Origin: an uncultured Spirochaetota bacterium
GTDB taxonomy: Bacteria > Spirochaetota > Brevinematia > Brevinematales > JAOACQ01
Reading direction: 5' to 3'
DNA: 64,000 bases
Assembly (NCBI GenBank): GCA_963835575.1
Contig: CAWIGG010000005.1
Coordinates: forward strand, 256,001-320,000
Shown here: positions 28,263 to 38,089 of the stretch, piece by piece
Numbering within the stretch: position 1 is the first letter of the stretch
How the letters are laid out: each line of letters begins with the position of its first letter
The notes under the pieces: generated by a model
The model's input: only the letters and a program-made list of their open reading frames with translations
Told to the model about the DNA's origin: nothing
Databases searched by the model: none
Translations under genes and position numbers: made by a program

Positions 28263-28658
28263 TTGATGAATTTACTAAAGTTTTCAGGTTCATTTTTATT
28301 CATTGGACTGGTTTTACTGACCAGTTGCGTAAAAAAACAAAGCACAGAAGGTACTTTAAAAACCAATGGTTCCGGCACAAAAGTTACTTTCATTGAACTG
28401 GGCTCAGTCAACTGTGTGCCCTGCAAAATGATGCAGCCGGTCATGAAACAGATTGAGGAAGCTTATAAAGAACAGGTCAAAGTAGTATTCTATGATATCT
28501 GGACAGAAGAAGGGAAACCGTTTGGCCAAGCTTACGGTATCCGTGCTATTCCGACACAGGTTTTTCTGGATTCTGAGGGTAAAGAATTTTACCGGCATGA
28601 AGGGTATTTTCCTTATGAAGAATTAGTTCAAATTTTAAAACAGAAAGGTGTCCAGTAA
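28263..28658 (+). CDS. thioredoxin family lipoprotein
   Basis: lipobox LTSC, CVPC, AIPTQVF. Confidence 0.88.
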   Translation: MMNLLKFSGSFLFIGLVLLTSCVKKQSTEGTLKTNGSGTKVTFIELGSVNCVPCKMMQPVMKQIEEAYKEQVKVVFYDIWTEEGKPFGQAYGIRAIPTQVFLDSEGKEFYRHEGYFPYEELVQILKQKGVQ

Positions 28659-29362
28659 TGGATATCTTAATCTCATTATTTAACTGGCTTAACAGTTTGT
28701 TAAAGCTCAATCCCGCCATTGTGCTTTCCGCGGCGTTTATCTGGGGGGCATTGAGCGTTGTATTAAGTCCCTGCCACCTTTCGAGCATTCCGCTGGCGAT
28801 TGGCTATATCAATGGCAAAGGGAAAATGAAACATTCGCGGGCGCTGGTTTTGTCGCTCTTTTTCGCTTTAGGAATATTGATATCCCTTTTTGTTCTGGGC
28901 CTCATAACATCTTTGATTGGGAGGATGCTGGGCGATGTCGGGAAACTGACAATTATCATAGTCGGAGTGGTTTTTATCCTGGTGGGTATCTCCCTTTTCG
29001 ATCTGATAAAATTGCCGGAAATCCCAATTTGGAAGGCAAAAGTCAAATCAGGCAGCCTGGTTGGCGCGCTCATATTGGGGCTTTTCTTCGGTGCGGCCCT
29101 CGGCCCCTGCACATTCGGGTTTATGATGCCGATTCTCGCCGTCGCTTTTAAGACTGCAACGGCACATCTACTTTATGCGATAATCATAATTCTTGCTTAT
29201 GCAATCGGGCATTCCTTGGTGATAGTTTTCGCGGGTACTTTTATCAATTGGGTGCAGAACATCCTGAACTGGGAGGAAAACTCAAAAGGTATCGTCTGGT
29301 TCCGTCGAATTTGCGGTGTATTGATAATATTCACCGGAATATATCTGATAATTTCAAAATAA
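28658..29362 (+). CDS. CcdA/DsbD-type membrane disulfide transfer protein
   Basis: LSPCH and LGPCT Pro-Cys motifs, ~6 TM. Confidence 0.88.
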   Translation: MDILISLFNWLNSLLKLNPAIVLSAAFIWGALSVVLSPCHLSSIPLAIGYINGKGKMKHSRALVLSLFFALGILISLFVLGLITSLIGRMLGDVGKLTIIIVGVVFILVGISLFDLIKLPEIPIWKAKVKSGSLVGALILGLFFGAALGPCTFGFMMPILAVAFKTATAHLLYAIIIILAYAIGHSLVIVFAGTFINWVQNILNWEENSKGIVWFRRICGVLIIFTGIYLIISK

Positions 29363-29374
29363 AGGAAGGTTTAT

Positions 29375-29608
29375 ATGAAAATCGAAATTTTGGGTACAGG
29401 CTGCCCCAAATGTAAAATGCTGACAGAACTTGCTCAAAAAGCTGTCAGCGAATCCGGCGTTACTGCCGAAGTAGTAAAAGTTCAGAATATTGAAGAAATC
29501 ATGAACTACGGCGTGATGGTCACACCCGCTCTGGTGATTGACGGCGTGGTCAAATGCGCCGGAAAAATACCCTCAAAAGTTGAGATTATTAAATGGATTA
29601 AAGGTTAA
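29375..29608 (+). CDS. small redox-active disulfide protein (MTH895/Thioredoxin_3)
   Basis: LGTGCPKC, YGVMVTPALVIDG. Confidence 0.92.
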   Translation: MKIEILGTGCPKCKMLTELAQKAVSESGVTAEVVKVQNIEEIMNYGVMVTPALVIDGVVKCAGKIPSKVEIIKWIKG

Positions 29609-29614
29609 GGAGAT

Positions 29615-29845
29615 ATGAAAATGAAGATTCCTAAAAAATTTGCCCCGTTATTCCGTTCGTTTCTAATGGCGCTTATACTGCCGTTTGTGATGATATTTTT
29701 CATAACGCTCATTAATGTGGGTTTGAAAGATGGTTTTGTGTTTATCTGGATGAAAAGCTACTTGATCGCTTTTGTAATAGCTTTTCCCTTAATAATCCTG
29801 ATTGCGCCGAGGATTCATAAATTTGTTGAAAAGATTTCTGAATAA
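29615..29845 (+). CDS. DUF2798-like membrane protein
   Basis: two TM, F..IWMKSYLIAFVIAFP. Confidence 0.75.
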   Translation: MKMKIPKKFAPLFRSFLMALILPFVMIFFITLINVGLKDGFVFIWMKSYLIAFVIAFPLIILIAPRIHKFVEKISE

Positions 29846-29859
29846 GTGGAGGCAAAAAT

Positions 29860-30243
29860 ATGGCAGAATGCAGTTGTTCCTGTGGTTCAGACAATAAAGT
29901 TAATCTGATTTACGCCTGCTCGGGTGCTTCCAATACCGGCTATCTGGCCGACCAAGTTGCGCGTGGCCTTTCAAAAGACAATGTGGGAAGTATGACTTGT
30001 CTGGCTGCGATGGGAGCGAACCTTTCCGGCTTTATTGAATCGGCGAAAAGCGCTAATAAAAATATTATCATCGACGGCTGTCCATTGGTATGCGGTAAGA
30101 AGATATTTGACAATCTGGGAATTTCAAATTACCAGCATTTAATTGCAACCAAATATGGTGTAGAAAAAGGCAAAACGGCGATAACCGGGAAAGTGATTGA
30201 GGCTGTGAAAGAAAAAATCCGTGATGCTATTTGCGCAGGCTGA
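29860..30243 (+). CDS. DGC-domain putative zinc-binding protein
   Basis: YACSGASNTG, CLA, IDGCPLVCG. Confidence 0.9.
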   Translation: MAECSCSCGSDNKVNLIYACSGASNTGYLADQVARGLSKDNVGSMTCLAAMGANLSGFIESAKSANKNIIIDGCPLVCGKKIFDNLGISNYQHLIATKYGVEKGKTAITGKVIEAVKEKIRDAICAG

Positions 30244-30252
30244 AGATCAGAG

Positions 30253-30290
30253 AAAAGAACCGGAAGGCTCGAAGCTTCCAGTTCTTTTTG
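30253..30290 (+). terminator. intrinsic terminator of the ars-like operon
   Basis: AAAAGAACCGGAAG-gctcgaag-CTTCCAGTTCTTTTT. Confidence 0.6.
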
Positions 30291-30634
30291 TTGCTACAGT
30301 CAAATATTTTTACATGAATTGCTATCAAGAGGCTTCAGCTTGTTTAAATCATCCTGATAAATTTTATGTTTCCTTATGACATTGATTATCAGGGAATTCA
30401 GATAATCTGGCATCGACGTTTTATCCAGAGAATGATAGTTCCACTGAGCTGACCCCATATATATCGGAATTGTTCTTTTTCTTCCGTTTGCACTTTCAGA
30501 AAAATCGTTATATTGATCAGCTCCAGGTGTGAATAGCCCTGCGGAGAATTGCCCGGCAGTTCGCGCATTCGAAATCCAAATCCTCTCTGTAGAGCCCGAG
30601 ATGCCTGCCGGAAATTGCCATATTCCCCCATCCA

Positions 30635-31414
30635 TTAAAAACCGAAGGGGCTAAAAAAGCTGATAAGAAAAAAGGGCTGTATTAAAACACAGCCCTTTTT
30701 CGTCAATGGCATGGATTTATTTATACCGTCCCGGGTATCCATCGGAACCAGCTCGACAACGATCCTTCTGTTCTGGGCCCTCCCCTTTTCAGTGTCGTTT
30801 GATGCGGCAGGATTATACTTACCGTAACCCGCGGCTTTCAAGACATCGGGACTTATTCCTTTGTCCTGCAGATATCTGACGATCGCGTCGGCCCTCGCCG
30901 TTGAGAGTTCCCAGTTGGAAGGGTATTTCCACTTGAAGGAATCCTTGATCGGCACGTTGTCGGTGTAGCCTTCCACCCTGATAATCTTTTCCTTTAAGTA
31001 TTTTAGGATCGGAATAAGTTTGTCGAGGGATTTTTTACCATCAGCTTTGATTTCGGCACTCCCTTCGTCAAAGAAAATATTGTCCAGGAATGTTACCCTG
31101 ATTGAATTCTCTGTCTGATTTACTTTCATGTTGCCGGCTTCCACTTCCTGGTTCAAATTCCGGATCAGATTGCTTAATGTTTGGATTTGATTCTTCTGGG
31201 ACTCAATGGTATTAGAAGATTCCATCGATAAGCTCATAAGTTTTTCATTCAAGGCTCCAATCTGAGCGTCTTTTTCGCCTAGCTGTGTTGTCAGGTTCTG
31301 GTTTTCGGCCTTCAGCTTATCCATTTCGTCTGGCTTTACCGTACTTGGAGATGAACATGAGACTAAAAAGAATAAACCCAAAGCAAAAAAACTAGTTTTC
31401 ATCAGATTTTTCAT
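30635..31414 (-). CDS. OmpA/MotB-domain lipoprotein with coiled coil (C-terminus probably frameshift-extended)
   Basis: lipobox LVSC; VEGYTDNVPI, SNWELSTARA, GRAQNRRI. Confidence 0.88.
   Translation of the reverse strand: MKNLMKTSFFALGLFFLVSCSSPSTVKPDEMDKLKAENQNLTTQLGEKDAQIGALNEKLMSLSMESSNTIESQKNQIQTLSNLIRNLNQEVEAGNMKVNQTENSIRVTFLDNIFFDEGSAEIKADGKKSLDKLIPILKYLKEKIIRVEGYTDNVPIKDSFKWKYPSNWELSTARADAIVRYLQDKGISPDVLKAAGYGKYNPAASNDTEKGRAQNRRIVVELVPMDTRDGINKSMPLTKKGCVLIQPFFLISFFSPFGF
30668..30700. terminator. bidirectional intrinsic terminator inside the extended ORF tail
   Basis: AAAAAAGGGCTGT-attaaaac-ACAGCCCTTTTT. Confidence 0.75.
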
Positions 31415-31486
31415 ATCTACCTCCTCTGATTATATTATTTCTAATATCTTACCGATACCGGCAGATGTGTCCGTAAGACATTGATT

Positions 31487-32419
31487 TTACTTATACTTCG
31501 ATCTTTCATCCAGCGGGACAAGCAGTATGACAATTCTCCTGTTCTGGGCCCTTCCCTCTTCGGTATCATTAGAGGCGAAGGGATTATACTCACCGTAGCC
31601 TGTGGCCTTTAATAGAGACGGGTCAATGCCCTGGGACTGGAAATAGCGCACAATTGTAGTGGCCCGCGCGGTGGAAAGCTCCCAATTTGAAGGGAATTTC
31701 CACATGTAGCTTTCTGCGATAGGCACATTGTCGGTATAGCCTTCCACCCTGATCTGCTTGTCTTTAATATTCTTCAAAATGGCAACCATTTTATCCAGAA
31801 CTTTTTTCCCGTTTTTCTTGATATCCGAGCTTCCGGAATCGAAGAATATCTTGTCTACAAAATCAATGTTAAGGACATCCCCCAGCTGTTTGATTTTCAG
31901 CTCGCCCGATTTTATCTCCTCTTCCATGGCTTTTGCCATATTATTCTGGGCCATGTTCAGGTTTGATATTTCAAGCTCCTTGGCCTGCATCAGCTTATTT
32001 TTTTCAGCCGAGACATCGCTGATGTCCTTACTGAGAGAGGCGATCTCGCTGTCTTTATTGCTGATCTGGTCCTGCAGGGCCAGGATCTTTAAATCATTGT
32101 TCTTGATTTCCGAATTCAGGCTGTCGATCTGTTTTCCCAGCTTTCCTTTTGTCGAATCGACCATGTTCTTCAGGCCCGCATTATCGTTTGAAAGTTTGGT
32201 AAGCCTATTCAGCAGGCTGTCCCTCTCATCCTGCAGGGAAGCCACCTGGTCTTTCTGATTTTTCAAATCATTCTGCAGGCCCTGGTTTTCAGCGGTCATA
32301 TTGCTGTTGTCAGTCTGAAGCTTGTTCAAATCATCTGTCTTCACGATTGTCAGCGTATTGCACCCGAAAAGAACAGATAATAGCGAGACTGTTAGAAGAA
32401 CTCTGATTAATTTTTTCAT
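31487..32419 (-). CDS. OmpA/MotB-domain lipoprotein with long coiled coil
   Basis: lipobox LFGC; VEGYTDNVPI, SNWELSTARA, GRAQNRRI; clear paralogue of the downstream gene. Confidence 0.9.
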   Translation of the reverse strand: MKKLIRVLLTVSLLSVLFGCNTLTIVKTDDLNKLQTDNSNMTAENQGLQNDLKNQKDQVASLQDERDSLLNRLTKLSNDNAGLKNMVDSTKGKLGKQIDSLNSEIKNNDLKILALQDQISNKDSEIASLSKDISDVSAEKNKLMQAKELEISNLNMAQNNMAKAMEEEIKSGELKIKQLGDVLNIDFVDKIFFDSGSSDIKKNGKKVLDKMVAILKNIKDKQIRVEGYTDNVPIAESYMWKFPSNWELSTARATTIVRYFQSQGIDPSLLKATGYGEYNPFASNDTEEGRAQNRRIVILLVPLDERSKYK

Positions 32420-32473
32420 AATATCCTCCTTTATTTTATAAAATGTATAATCGTCTGTAAAATAGTAAATAAA

Positions 32474-32572
32474 TCAAAGCAAGTCAAGTGCTTCTTGAAA
32501 AAACCGGGAGATGCAGTCGGCGACGGCTGCCGCCAAAAGCGCTGCCGCTGCAATTTGAGTGATGGCACGCAT
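32474..32572 (-). CDS. 32-aa small ORF
   Basis: strong RBS AAAGGAGG then MRAITQIAAAALLAAAVADCISRFFQEALDLL. Confidence 0.4.
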   Translation of the reverse strand: MRAITQIAAAALLAAAVADCISRFFQEALDLL

Positions 32573-32703
32573 AAACGCCTCCTTTCTCTAAATTTATTTT
32601 ACGGATCCTTTTAACTTCATTCAGATTAAATTACCGGACCGGCTGCTTCCGCAGAAAAAGCAGACCGGCCGGAGGAGGAGATTTATGAAAAGTTCAAAGC
32701 CTG

Positions 32704-33237
32704 TTATTCCGCATTAAAACTGACCCTGCAGTTTTTAACGCTTGCCGGGTCCTCGCCGTCAAGCGGTTTTGAGGATCCGTTAGCCCTTATCTCAAACTTA
32801 GTTCCGTCAAGCCCGGTCTGGCTGAGGACATATTTCAGCACCGATTCGACCCTGCTTTTCGAGAGGGCTATATTGCCGATGAATCCTTCGGACGGTCCCT
32901 CGGTGCCGGTCCTGGAAGCGTAACCGTCGATGAAAATTTTCTTTCCTGAAGGCAGCGCATTAATCAGATTTGTCAGGGCCGGTATCATTACACTCTTCAA
33001 GAACCCGTCAATTCTGAGTTCCGCCGAATTCAGGCCGAAAGGGATATCCCTTCTGACTTTCATAAATTCGTCAAAAGCATGGTCATAGGCATCCATTGAG
33101 GACCCGCTGTCTGCCAGATTGGTTTCCGTCAAAACCGCCGACTTCGGCGGCTCCGCCATTTGAACAGTATTCGGTCTTGCGCATGATGCCAGAACTAAAA
33201 AAAATGAAACTGCTGTCATGAAATGAGCGGTTTTCAT
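32704..33237 (-). CDS. OmpA-family lipoprotein
   Basis: ATG 33237 after AAGGAGG; lipobox LASC; IDGYASRTG..NIALSKSRV..NCRV. Confidence 0.8.
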   Translation of the reverse strand: MKTAHFMTAVSFFLVLASCARPNTVQMAEPPKSAVLTETNLADSGSSMDAYDHAFDEFMKVRRDIPFGLNSAELRIDGFLKSVMIPALTNLINALPSGKKIFIDGYASRTGTEGPSEGFIGNIALSKSRVESVLKYVLSQTGLDGTKFEIRANGSSKPLDGEDPASVKNCRVSFNAE

Positions 33238-33254
33238 AGAGAACCTCCTTATCA

Positions 33255-33398
33255 TTAATCGAATAACTTTTTTATGAGAAAGAGAAATCCCGCAGTCCCG
33301 AGGATGAAAAACAGGAGTCCGCGCCAGATAATGCCTCCTTCGAAAAACGAGAAGAGTATAAACATGCACGATAGCAGGAAAACAATAAAATTAAGCAT
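33255..33398 (-). CDS. 47-aa two-TM membrane protein
   Basis: manual translation MLNFIVFLLSCMFILFSFFEGGIIWRGLLFFILGTAGFLFLIKKLFD; fills the gap between pilZ and ompA; GGGAG upstream. Confidence 0.55.
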   Translation of the reverse strand: MLNFIVFLLSCMFILFSFFEGGIIWRGLLFFILGTAGFLFLIKKLFD

Positions 33399-33423
33399 AT
33401 CGGCCGTCTCCCGTTATTCGGAC

Positions 33424-33723
33424 TTACCAGTACTTCGATAAAATCAGATTATTAAGGAAGACATGTTCATCTTCCGGTCTCATATCATAAGCCGTTTTGA
33501 CAATGTTCCCGTTTACGTTTATGACTTTTGCGGTTATTGCCTCTTTTTCAATAAAGATTTTCATGGAGTCTCCTGCTTTTACAAAGCCTTTTACTCTGAG
33601 CGTCAAACCTTTTCCGGTGATATCCAGTATTTCGCATGATACGGGATTTCCGTTTATCTCATAGAAAGCTTCAAGCAGAATTTTATTCCTGATGCTTTTT
33701 CTTCTTTCAAATTCATTCGTCAT
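33424..33723 (-). CDS. PilZ-domain protein
   Basis: ERRKSIR (RxxxR) and DITGKG (DxSxxG-like). Confidence 0.8.
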   Translation of the reverse strand: MTNEFERRKSIRNKILLEAFYEINGNPVSCEILDITGKGLTLRVKGFVKAGDSMKIFIEKEAITAKVINVNGNIVKTAYDMRPEDEHVFLNNLILSKYW

Positions 33724-33780
33724 TCAACACCTCCATATATTTGAATTCAACTAAATTTTACAGGATATTATAGACCTTGT

Positions 33781-33832
33781 CATCAGGAATGTTCACTGAA
33801 TTGAAAAGAAAAACATCAAGGTTTTTCACTGA
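33781..33832. promoter_or_regulatory. two imperfect palindromic boxes 33 bp apart (putative LuxR-family sites)
   Basis: CATCAGGAATGTTCACTGA and CATCAAGGTTTTTCACTGA upstream of pilZ. Confidence 0.5.
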
Positions 33833-34122
33833 TTTTTATGTTTTTTTCTGACCTTGACCGTGACGGATATCCGGATGAAGACCTTTGCACAGATAAATGC
33901 CCTGAATCTATGAGGAGTTTGCAGTTAAAGTATAGATGTTTAGCATTTTGCGCAGGTTCAATTTTAATGCCGTGAAATAAATAAAAGGAAACTGCGCAAA
34001 AGTCTTGGATGAGTTGTCCGTTATATAAGGAAAAAAGTTCCTTGTGAATCGACCATTATCAGAAAGCTTTCAAATGGGAAAAATGTGCATATTATTCTGT
34101 TTATTTTCAGATGGCAAGGATT

Positions 34123-35514
34123 CTATTGAAGCGAACCGATAAGATCTATCAATTCCTGTTTGCTCCCGGCGCCTGTCTTTTGATAGATATGATAGGCATG
34201 AGTTTCAACGGTTTTATTGGAGATGAAAAGCCTGGACGCTATTTCTTTGTAAGAGTATCTCTTCACCAATAACTTCAGAATTTCAAATTCTCTTTTTGAA
34301 AGCAGGAATTTTCTGGCGATATCTTCCGGCAGTGTTTCTTCATTGTTTTCCGCTTTTCTTGAACTTCGTACATGAATATAGAGAAAGTTAATCAGAACAA
34401 AAAATACCATTCCGTAACCGAGCGTGTCCTGCTGGCCGTTGACGATCACGGATGAGCTTATGATATATATTTTATATTGGATAAAATAGATCAGATACGA
34501 AACCAGAAAGACCGCTGAAGTTATGATGACGGTCAGCGATTTTATTTTTTCCCTCTTCAGATAAAAGAAGGACAATAAAATATATGACAGCAATGTAATC
34601 AATAAAACAGAATGGTATACCAGAAGCCCGTATTCGACAACAGCTTTTTGGGAAACTGGCAGGACAAACAGCATCAGGCTCATAATCACAGTTAAAGCCG
34701 ACATCGCCGCAACGGATATCCTGCCGGGCAGGCTGTTGAAAAGGATCATAAAAAAGGCCATGAGTAAAGACAGTCCTATGAAAATGAGGGTCATCTGAAT
34801 GCTGACGAGAGAGCTTGAGGATATATCCGGGATGAAATTGAGGGACTCCCCCCTTCCGATGAGGTTAAGCGCCTGAATCAAAGAGAAGAGGCCGAGAATA
34901 AGAAACGCTGTGTTCCCGGCTTTGCCCCGCCACAGTAAAAGTGAGATGAGGAAGATCAAAATCAGGGCGCCTTCCGTGATTCCTTCCCTGAAAAAAGACC
35001 ACCACCGGAATTTCCTTATCACCCTTTCCAGGCCGATGAGAAGATTGTCCCTGATAAGCTTTATCTTCGAATAATCATTGATGACCAGGTGTATTCTGAT
35101 GTTATTGGAGTAAGTCAGGTACAGCGGAAGTATAACGCTCCTGATATTGTATTTGATCCTCCAGTGAGAAAAGTAATTGAAATTATTTGAAAGGGCAATG
35201 TTTTCGTTGATCCACAGGTTATAAGGAGAGACTACAGGCTCGAGCATAAAAGCAAAGGCTCTTTGTTCTGCGGATTTGTTATTATTTTGAGGAAGAATAA
35301 TAGTAATGTCAAATGCCGCTGTATCGTTTTCTTTATCATAAAAAGACGGTTTCAGATTTTCTCCGGACCGATCCTCGATTCTGATAATCCCGTCCCTGTC
35401 AATATTCCATCCTGAAAGATCAAGTTTCCCGTTTTCAACAAAGGGTGTTGTTTGAGAGAATATTCTTGCAGAAAGAACGAATATTAATAGGAACAGCTTT
35501 TTTATTATCTTCAT
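34123..35514 (-). CDS. membrane one-component regulator: 7TM-DISM-like sensor plus LuxR HTH
   Basis: NGKLDLSGW ectodomain start, ~7 TM, LSKREFEIL..SYKEIASRLFISNKTVETH. Confidence 0.85.
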   Translation of the reverse strand: MKIIKKLFLLIFVLSARIFSQTTPFVENGKLDLSGWNIDRDGIIRIEDRSGENLKPSFYDKENDTAAFDITIILPQNNNKSAEQRAFAFMLEPVVSPYNLWINENIALSNNFNYFSHWRIKYNIRSVILPLYLTYSNNIRIHLVINDYSKIKLIRDNLLIGLERVIRKFRWWSFFREGITEGALILIFLISLLLWRGKAGNTAFLILGLFSLIQALNLIGRGESLNFIPDISSSSLVSIQMTLIFIGLSLLMAFFMILFNSLPGRISVAAMSALTVIMSLMLFVLPVSQKAVVEYGLLVYHSVLLITLLSYILLSFFYLKREKIKSLTVIITSAVFLVSYLIYFIQYKIYIISSSVIVNGQQDTLGYGMVFFVLINFLYIHVRSSRKAENNEETLPEDIARKFLLSKREFEILKLLVKRYSYKEIASRLFISNKTVETHAYHIYQKTGAGSKQELIDLIGSLQ

Positions 35515-35762
35515 TTCAATTACTCTCTTTTTATTCCAAAGTATAGTTAATATTATATAATAGATGGAGAATTTATCAATATTCCTTTGTCCTCCGCATT
35601 GACGATCACGGGGAGCAGAAATTGGCTTCGCTGTTGAAGTCATTCGAGACGGGATCTGAACGAATACTTTTTACAGGCATGGATTTCCAGGAAGTACCCA
35701 ATTCCGGTTTTTCCCGATTGTTTTCATAATATAACGGTCTATCGCAGAATGATGATGAATTC

Positions 35763-35815
35763 TTGACTATCCTTACCCTTTTGTGTATTATTAATACATA
35801 ATGTATTAATAATAC
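35763..35815 (+). promoter_or_regulatory. promoter overlapped by a perfect 31-bp palindrome (GntR/YtrA-like operator)
   Basis: TTGACT-17 nt-TATTAT; GTATTATTAATACAT-A-ATGTATTAATAATAC at 35785-35815. Confidence 0.7.
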
Positions 35816-35842
35816 TGCGGGTGGGTCCATTGGGAGTTTTCC

Positions 35843-36414
35843 ATGAAAGAGAAGGAAATAAAAGAGTATCTGGATAGCCTTAAGGCTGTCAGAAGGATTC
35901 TTTTCGGCCCGGAACAAGGCCTGTATTTGACTTTTACCGTATGGGATATTTTGATTATCGCCGGATATGCCGTTCAGTTTTGCGGCATCCGTTTTTTGCA
36001 TTGGACGCTGTCCTCCTCATCAGTCCAAGCCTGGATTCCGCTTTTTTATTGCCGCGGCTCGGCAGGCAAAAAGGTCACGCCGTTCATTTCCTGAAGAAGT
36101 GGGCCGCTTTCGGGACAGGGGTCTTTATCATGTTTTTGTTCTCGGTTTTTCTTTTCATTTCAACTGATCAAATACGGTATTTTTCCGTTACTTTGCAATT
36201 GGGTCTTGCTATGGCGTATTTTTCATTCTCTCTGATTTCTGTCCGTATCCCTGCCTTTCCGGGTTTCCTGTACCTTGTTCTCATAGCCGTCGCGGCGGCC
36301 GGCTCCCGGTTCATTCCGCCGGAAGACAGCCTTCCGGTCTGCGGTCTTGCCGGGGGAATTTTCCTGATACTTATGAATTTATTTTTACGCGGCCACAGGG
36401 AGGCTGAAAAATGA
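35843..36414 (+). pseudogene. frameshifted membrane protein
   Basis: N-part MKEKEIKEYLDSL.. stops at 36094; a hydrophobic C-part continues in another frame to a TGA overlapping the next ATG. Confidence 0.55.
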
Positions 36415-37175
36415 AATACCTGATACGATTGGCCCTGGCCAATATGCTCCGTTCGAGGATAAGGACAATACTGACGCTTCTTATTATAATGGTTACCATG
36501 GGAATGTACGTGTTTTTTGTGGGAATGGTCCGGGGACTGCAGGACAAGCAGAAGGAGAACCTCATCGATTTCGAGACCGCCCATTACAAGATAAGGAGTG
36601 CGGCATTTGAAGAGGAAAGGCCTTATATTGTCAGCAATTTCATGACCGATTACGCGTCTGTTGAAAAGGTCTTAAGCCAAAAGCGGTATGTCCGCGCCTT
36701 TACGGAAAGGATCCAGTTTCAGGGCGAGATCGACAACGGCATCCGCTCCCTTCCAATCATAATTACCGGGATCGATCCGGAAAAGGACCCCTCTGTTTTT
36801 ACGCTGACGGATTATATCACGGAAGGAAGCCTCAGAAAAGGAGGGATGCTTGTCGGGAACACCCTGGCTAGGGACCTGAACGCCGAAATCGGCAGTGACC
36901 TTTATCTGACTTTTTTGAACGCGCAGGGCACACTGGATTCCATCGATTTTACCGTGGCCGGCACAATTGAATCCACCGATCCCCAGGTCAACAATTCCAC
37001 CGTATTCATCGATATCGGAGACGCGGAAAAAGGGCTTAATATCAATGCCGTCACGGGAATCGCCGTCAAGACAGTCTCCCTCAGGGAGGCGGAAAAATTC
37101 ATAAAGGACACGAAACAAAGCCTGCCTGGATTCCAGGTATACAGCTGGCAGAAGCTGGGGGAATATTATGAATAA
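36411..37175 (+). pseudogene. LolC/E-MacB-type ABC permease truncated before its C-terminal TM domain
   Basis: LALANMLRSRIRTILT, periplasmic core (GIDP, LVGNTLA..L), ends abruptly at YSWQKL where AT-rich DNA begins; no partner ATPase. Confidence 0.8.
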
Positions 37176-37719
37176 GGATGTCAATTTACTTTTTGAGGAT
37201 TTATTTTCAAAAAATGAAAAAATTCGATTTAATGCATTAACTTCATTAATTTCAATTACTGAAAATGTTGTTGATTGGTTTGAAAATGAATATAATGAAC
37301 TACTATCGATGCTATCAGACGGCAATTCATATCATCGTTCTACGGGAATAATGCTTCTCTGTAACTTAGCCAAAAGTGATAAAAATAATCTACTACAGCA
37401 TGATTTAGTTAAAATCTTAAAACATACTCAAGATGAGAAATTTATAACCTCAAGACAATGCATACAAAATATCTGGAAAATTGCCATTGCTCATAAAGTC
37501 AATCAGAATATCATAGTAAATCATTTAAAAACCCGATTTGTAAATTGTCAGGCAGAAAAACACTATAATTTAATTCGTCAAGATATAATTCAAAGTCTTT
37601 CAGAGATAAACAAAGTATCTAAAAATGATGAATTAAAAAACGATATATTTAAATTGATTAATATAGAAAATGTGGAAAAATATAAAGAAAAGTATTTAAA
37701 AATATTGAAGAATACATAA
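37168..37719 (+). CDS. hypothetical helical-repeat (HEAT/ARM-like) protein
   Basis: 183-aa AT-rich ORF with amphipathic helical repeats (DEKFITSRQCIQNIWKIA). Confidence 0.6.
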   Translation: MNKDVNLLFEDLFSKNEKIRFNALTSLISITENVVDWFENEYNELLSMLSDGNSYHRSTGIMLLCNLAKSDKNNLLQHDLVKILKHTQDEKFITSRQCIQNIWKIAIAHKVNQNIIVNHLKTRFVNCQAEKHYNLIRQDIIQSLSEINKVSKNDELKNDIFKLINIENVEKYKEKYLKILKNT

Positions 37720-37801
37720 TATTTTCAAACTATACCTAGTTCCTGCTCAACTTTATTCTGTACCTGGGAATTATCCTGGTTTCCGGAATCCTTGCCAGCG
37801 T

Positions 37802-38089
37802 CTATCCCTTCTTGTCCAACTTTTTCTCTTCTTCAATACTGGAAATCTTCTTAAAAGCAAACTGAGATATGGATTCTCTGATCTCTGTAGTCATGTCCTT
37901 AAACAGAAAAGCACAGAAGTTTTTCTGGTAAGCAACCACAACTCCATCTATAAATATTTCCTTCCCATCCAAAATAAACTGCATGTTTTTTATCAATGAT
38001 CCAATAGCTATTGAATCCGGAGGGAATATGCCAACCAGTTCAACACCTAGACCACCCAGTCTGATGTACTTTATCTGGCCGATAATCAA
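37802..38089 (-). pseudogene. PilZ-like domain fragment
   Basis: GQIKYIRLGGLGV..IDGVVV..AFLF.D; no RxxxR N-part and no clear RBS. Confidence 0.4.

Noticed and set aside
30300..30635. Minus-strand ORFs of 111 and 77 aa
   Set aside because: Lie between two terminators, with no motif and no convincing start context
33840..34120. c-di-GMP riboswitch upstream of pilZ
   Set aside because: Only a TTTTGCGCAG..CTGCGCAAAA stem; GEMM consensus elements not found
35606..36001. 131-aa minus-strand ORF
   Set aside because: Overlaps the promoter, operator and plus-strand gene; no protein-like features
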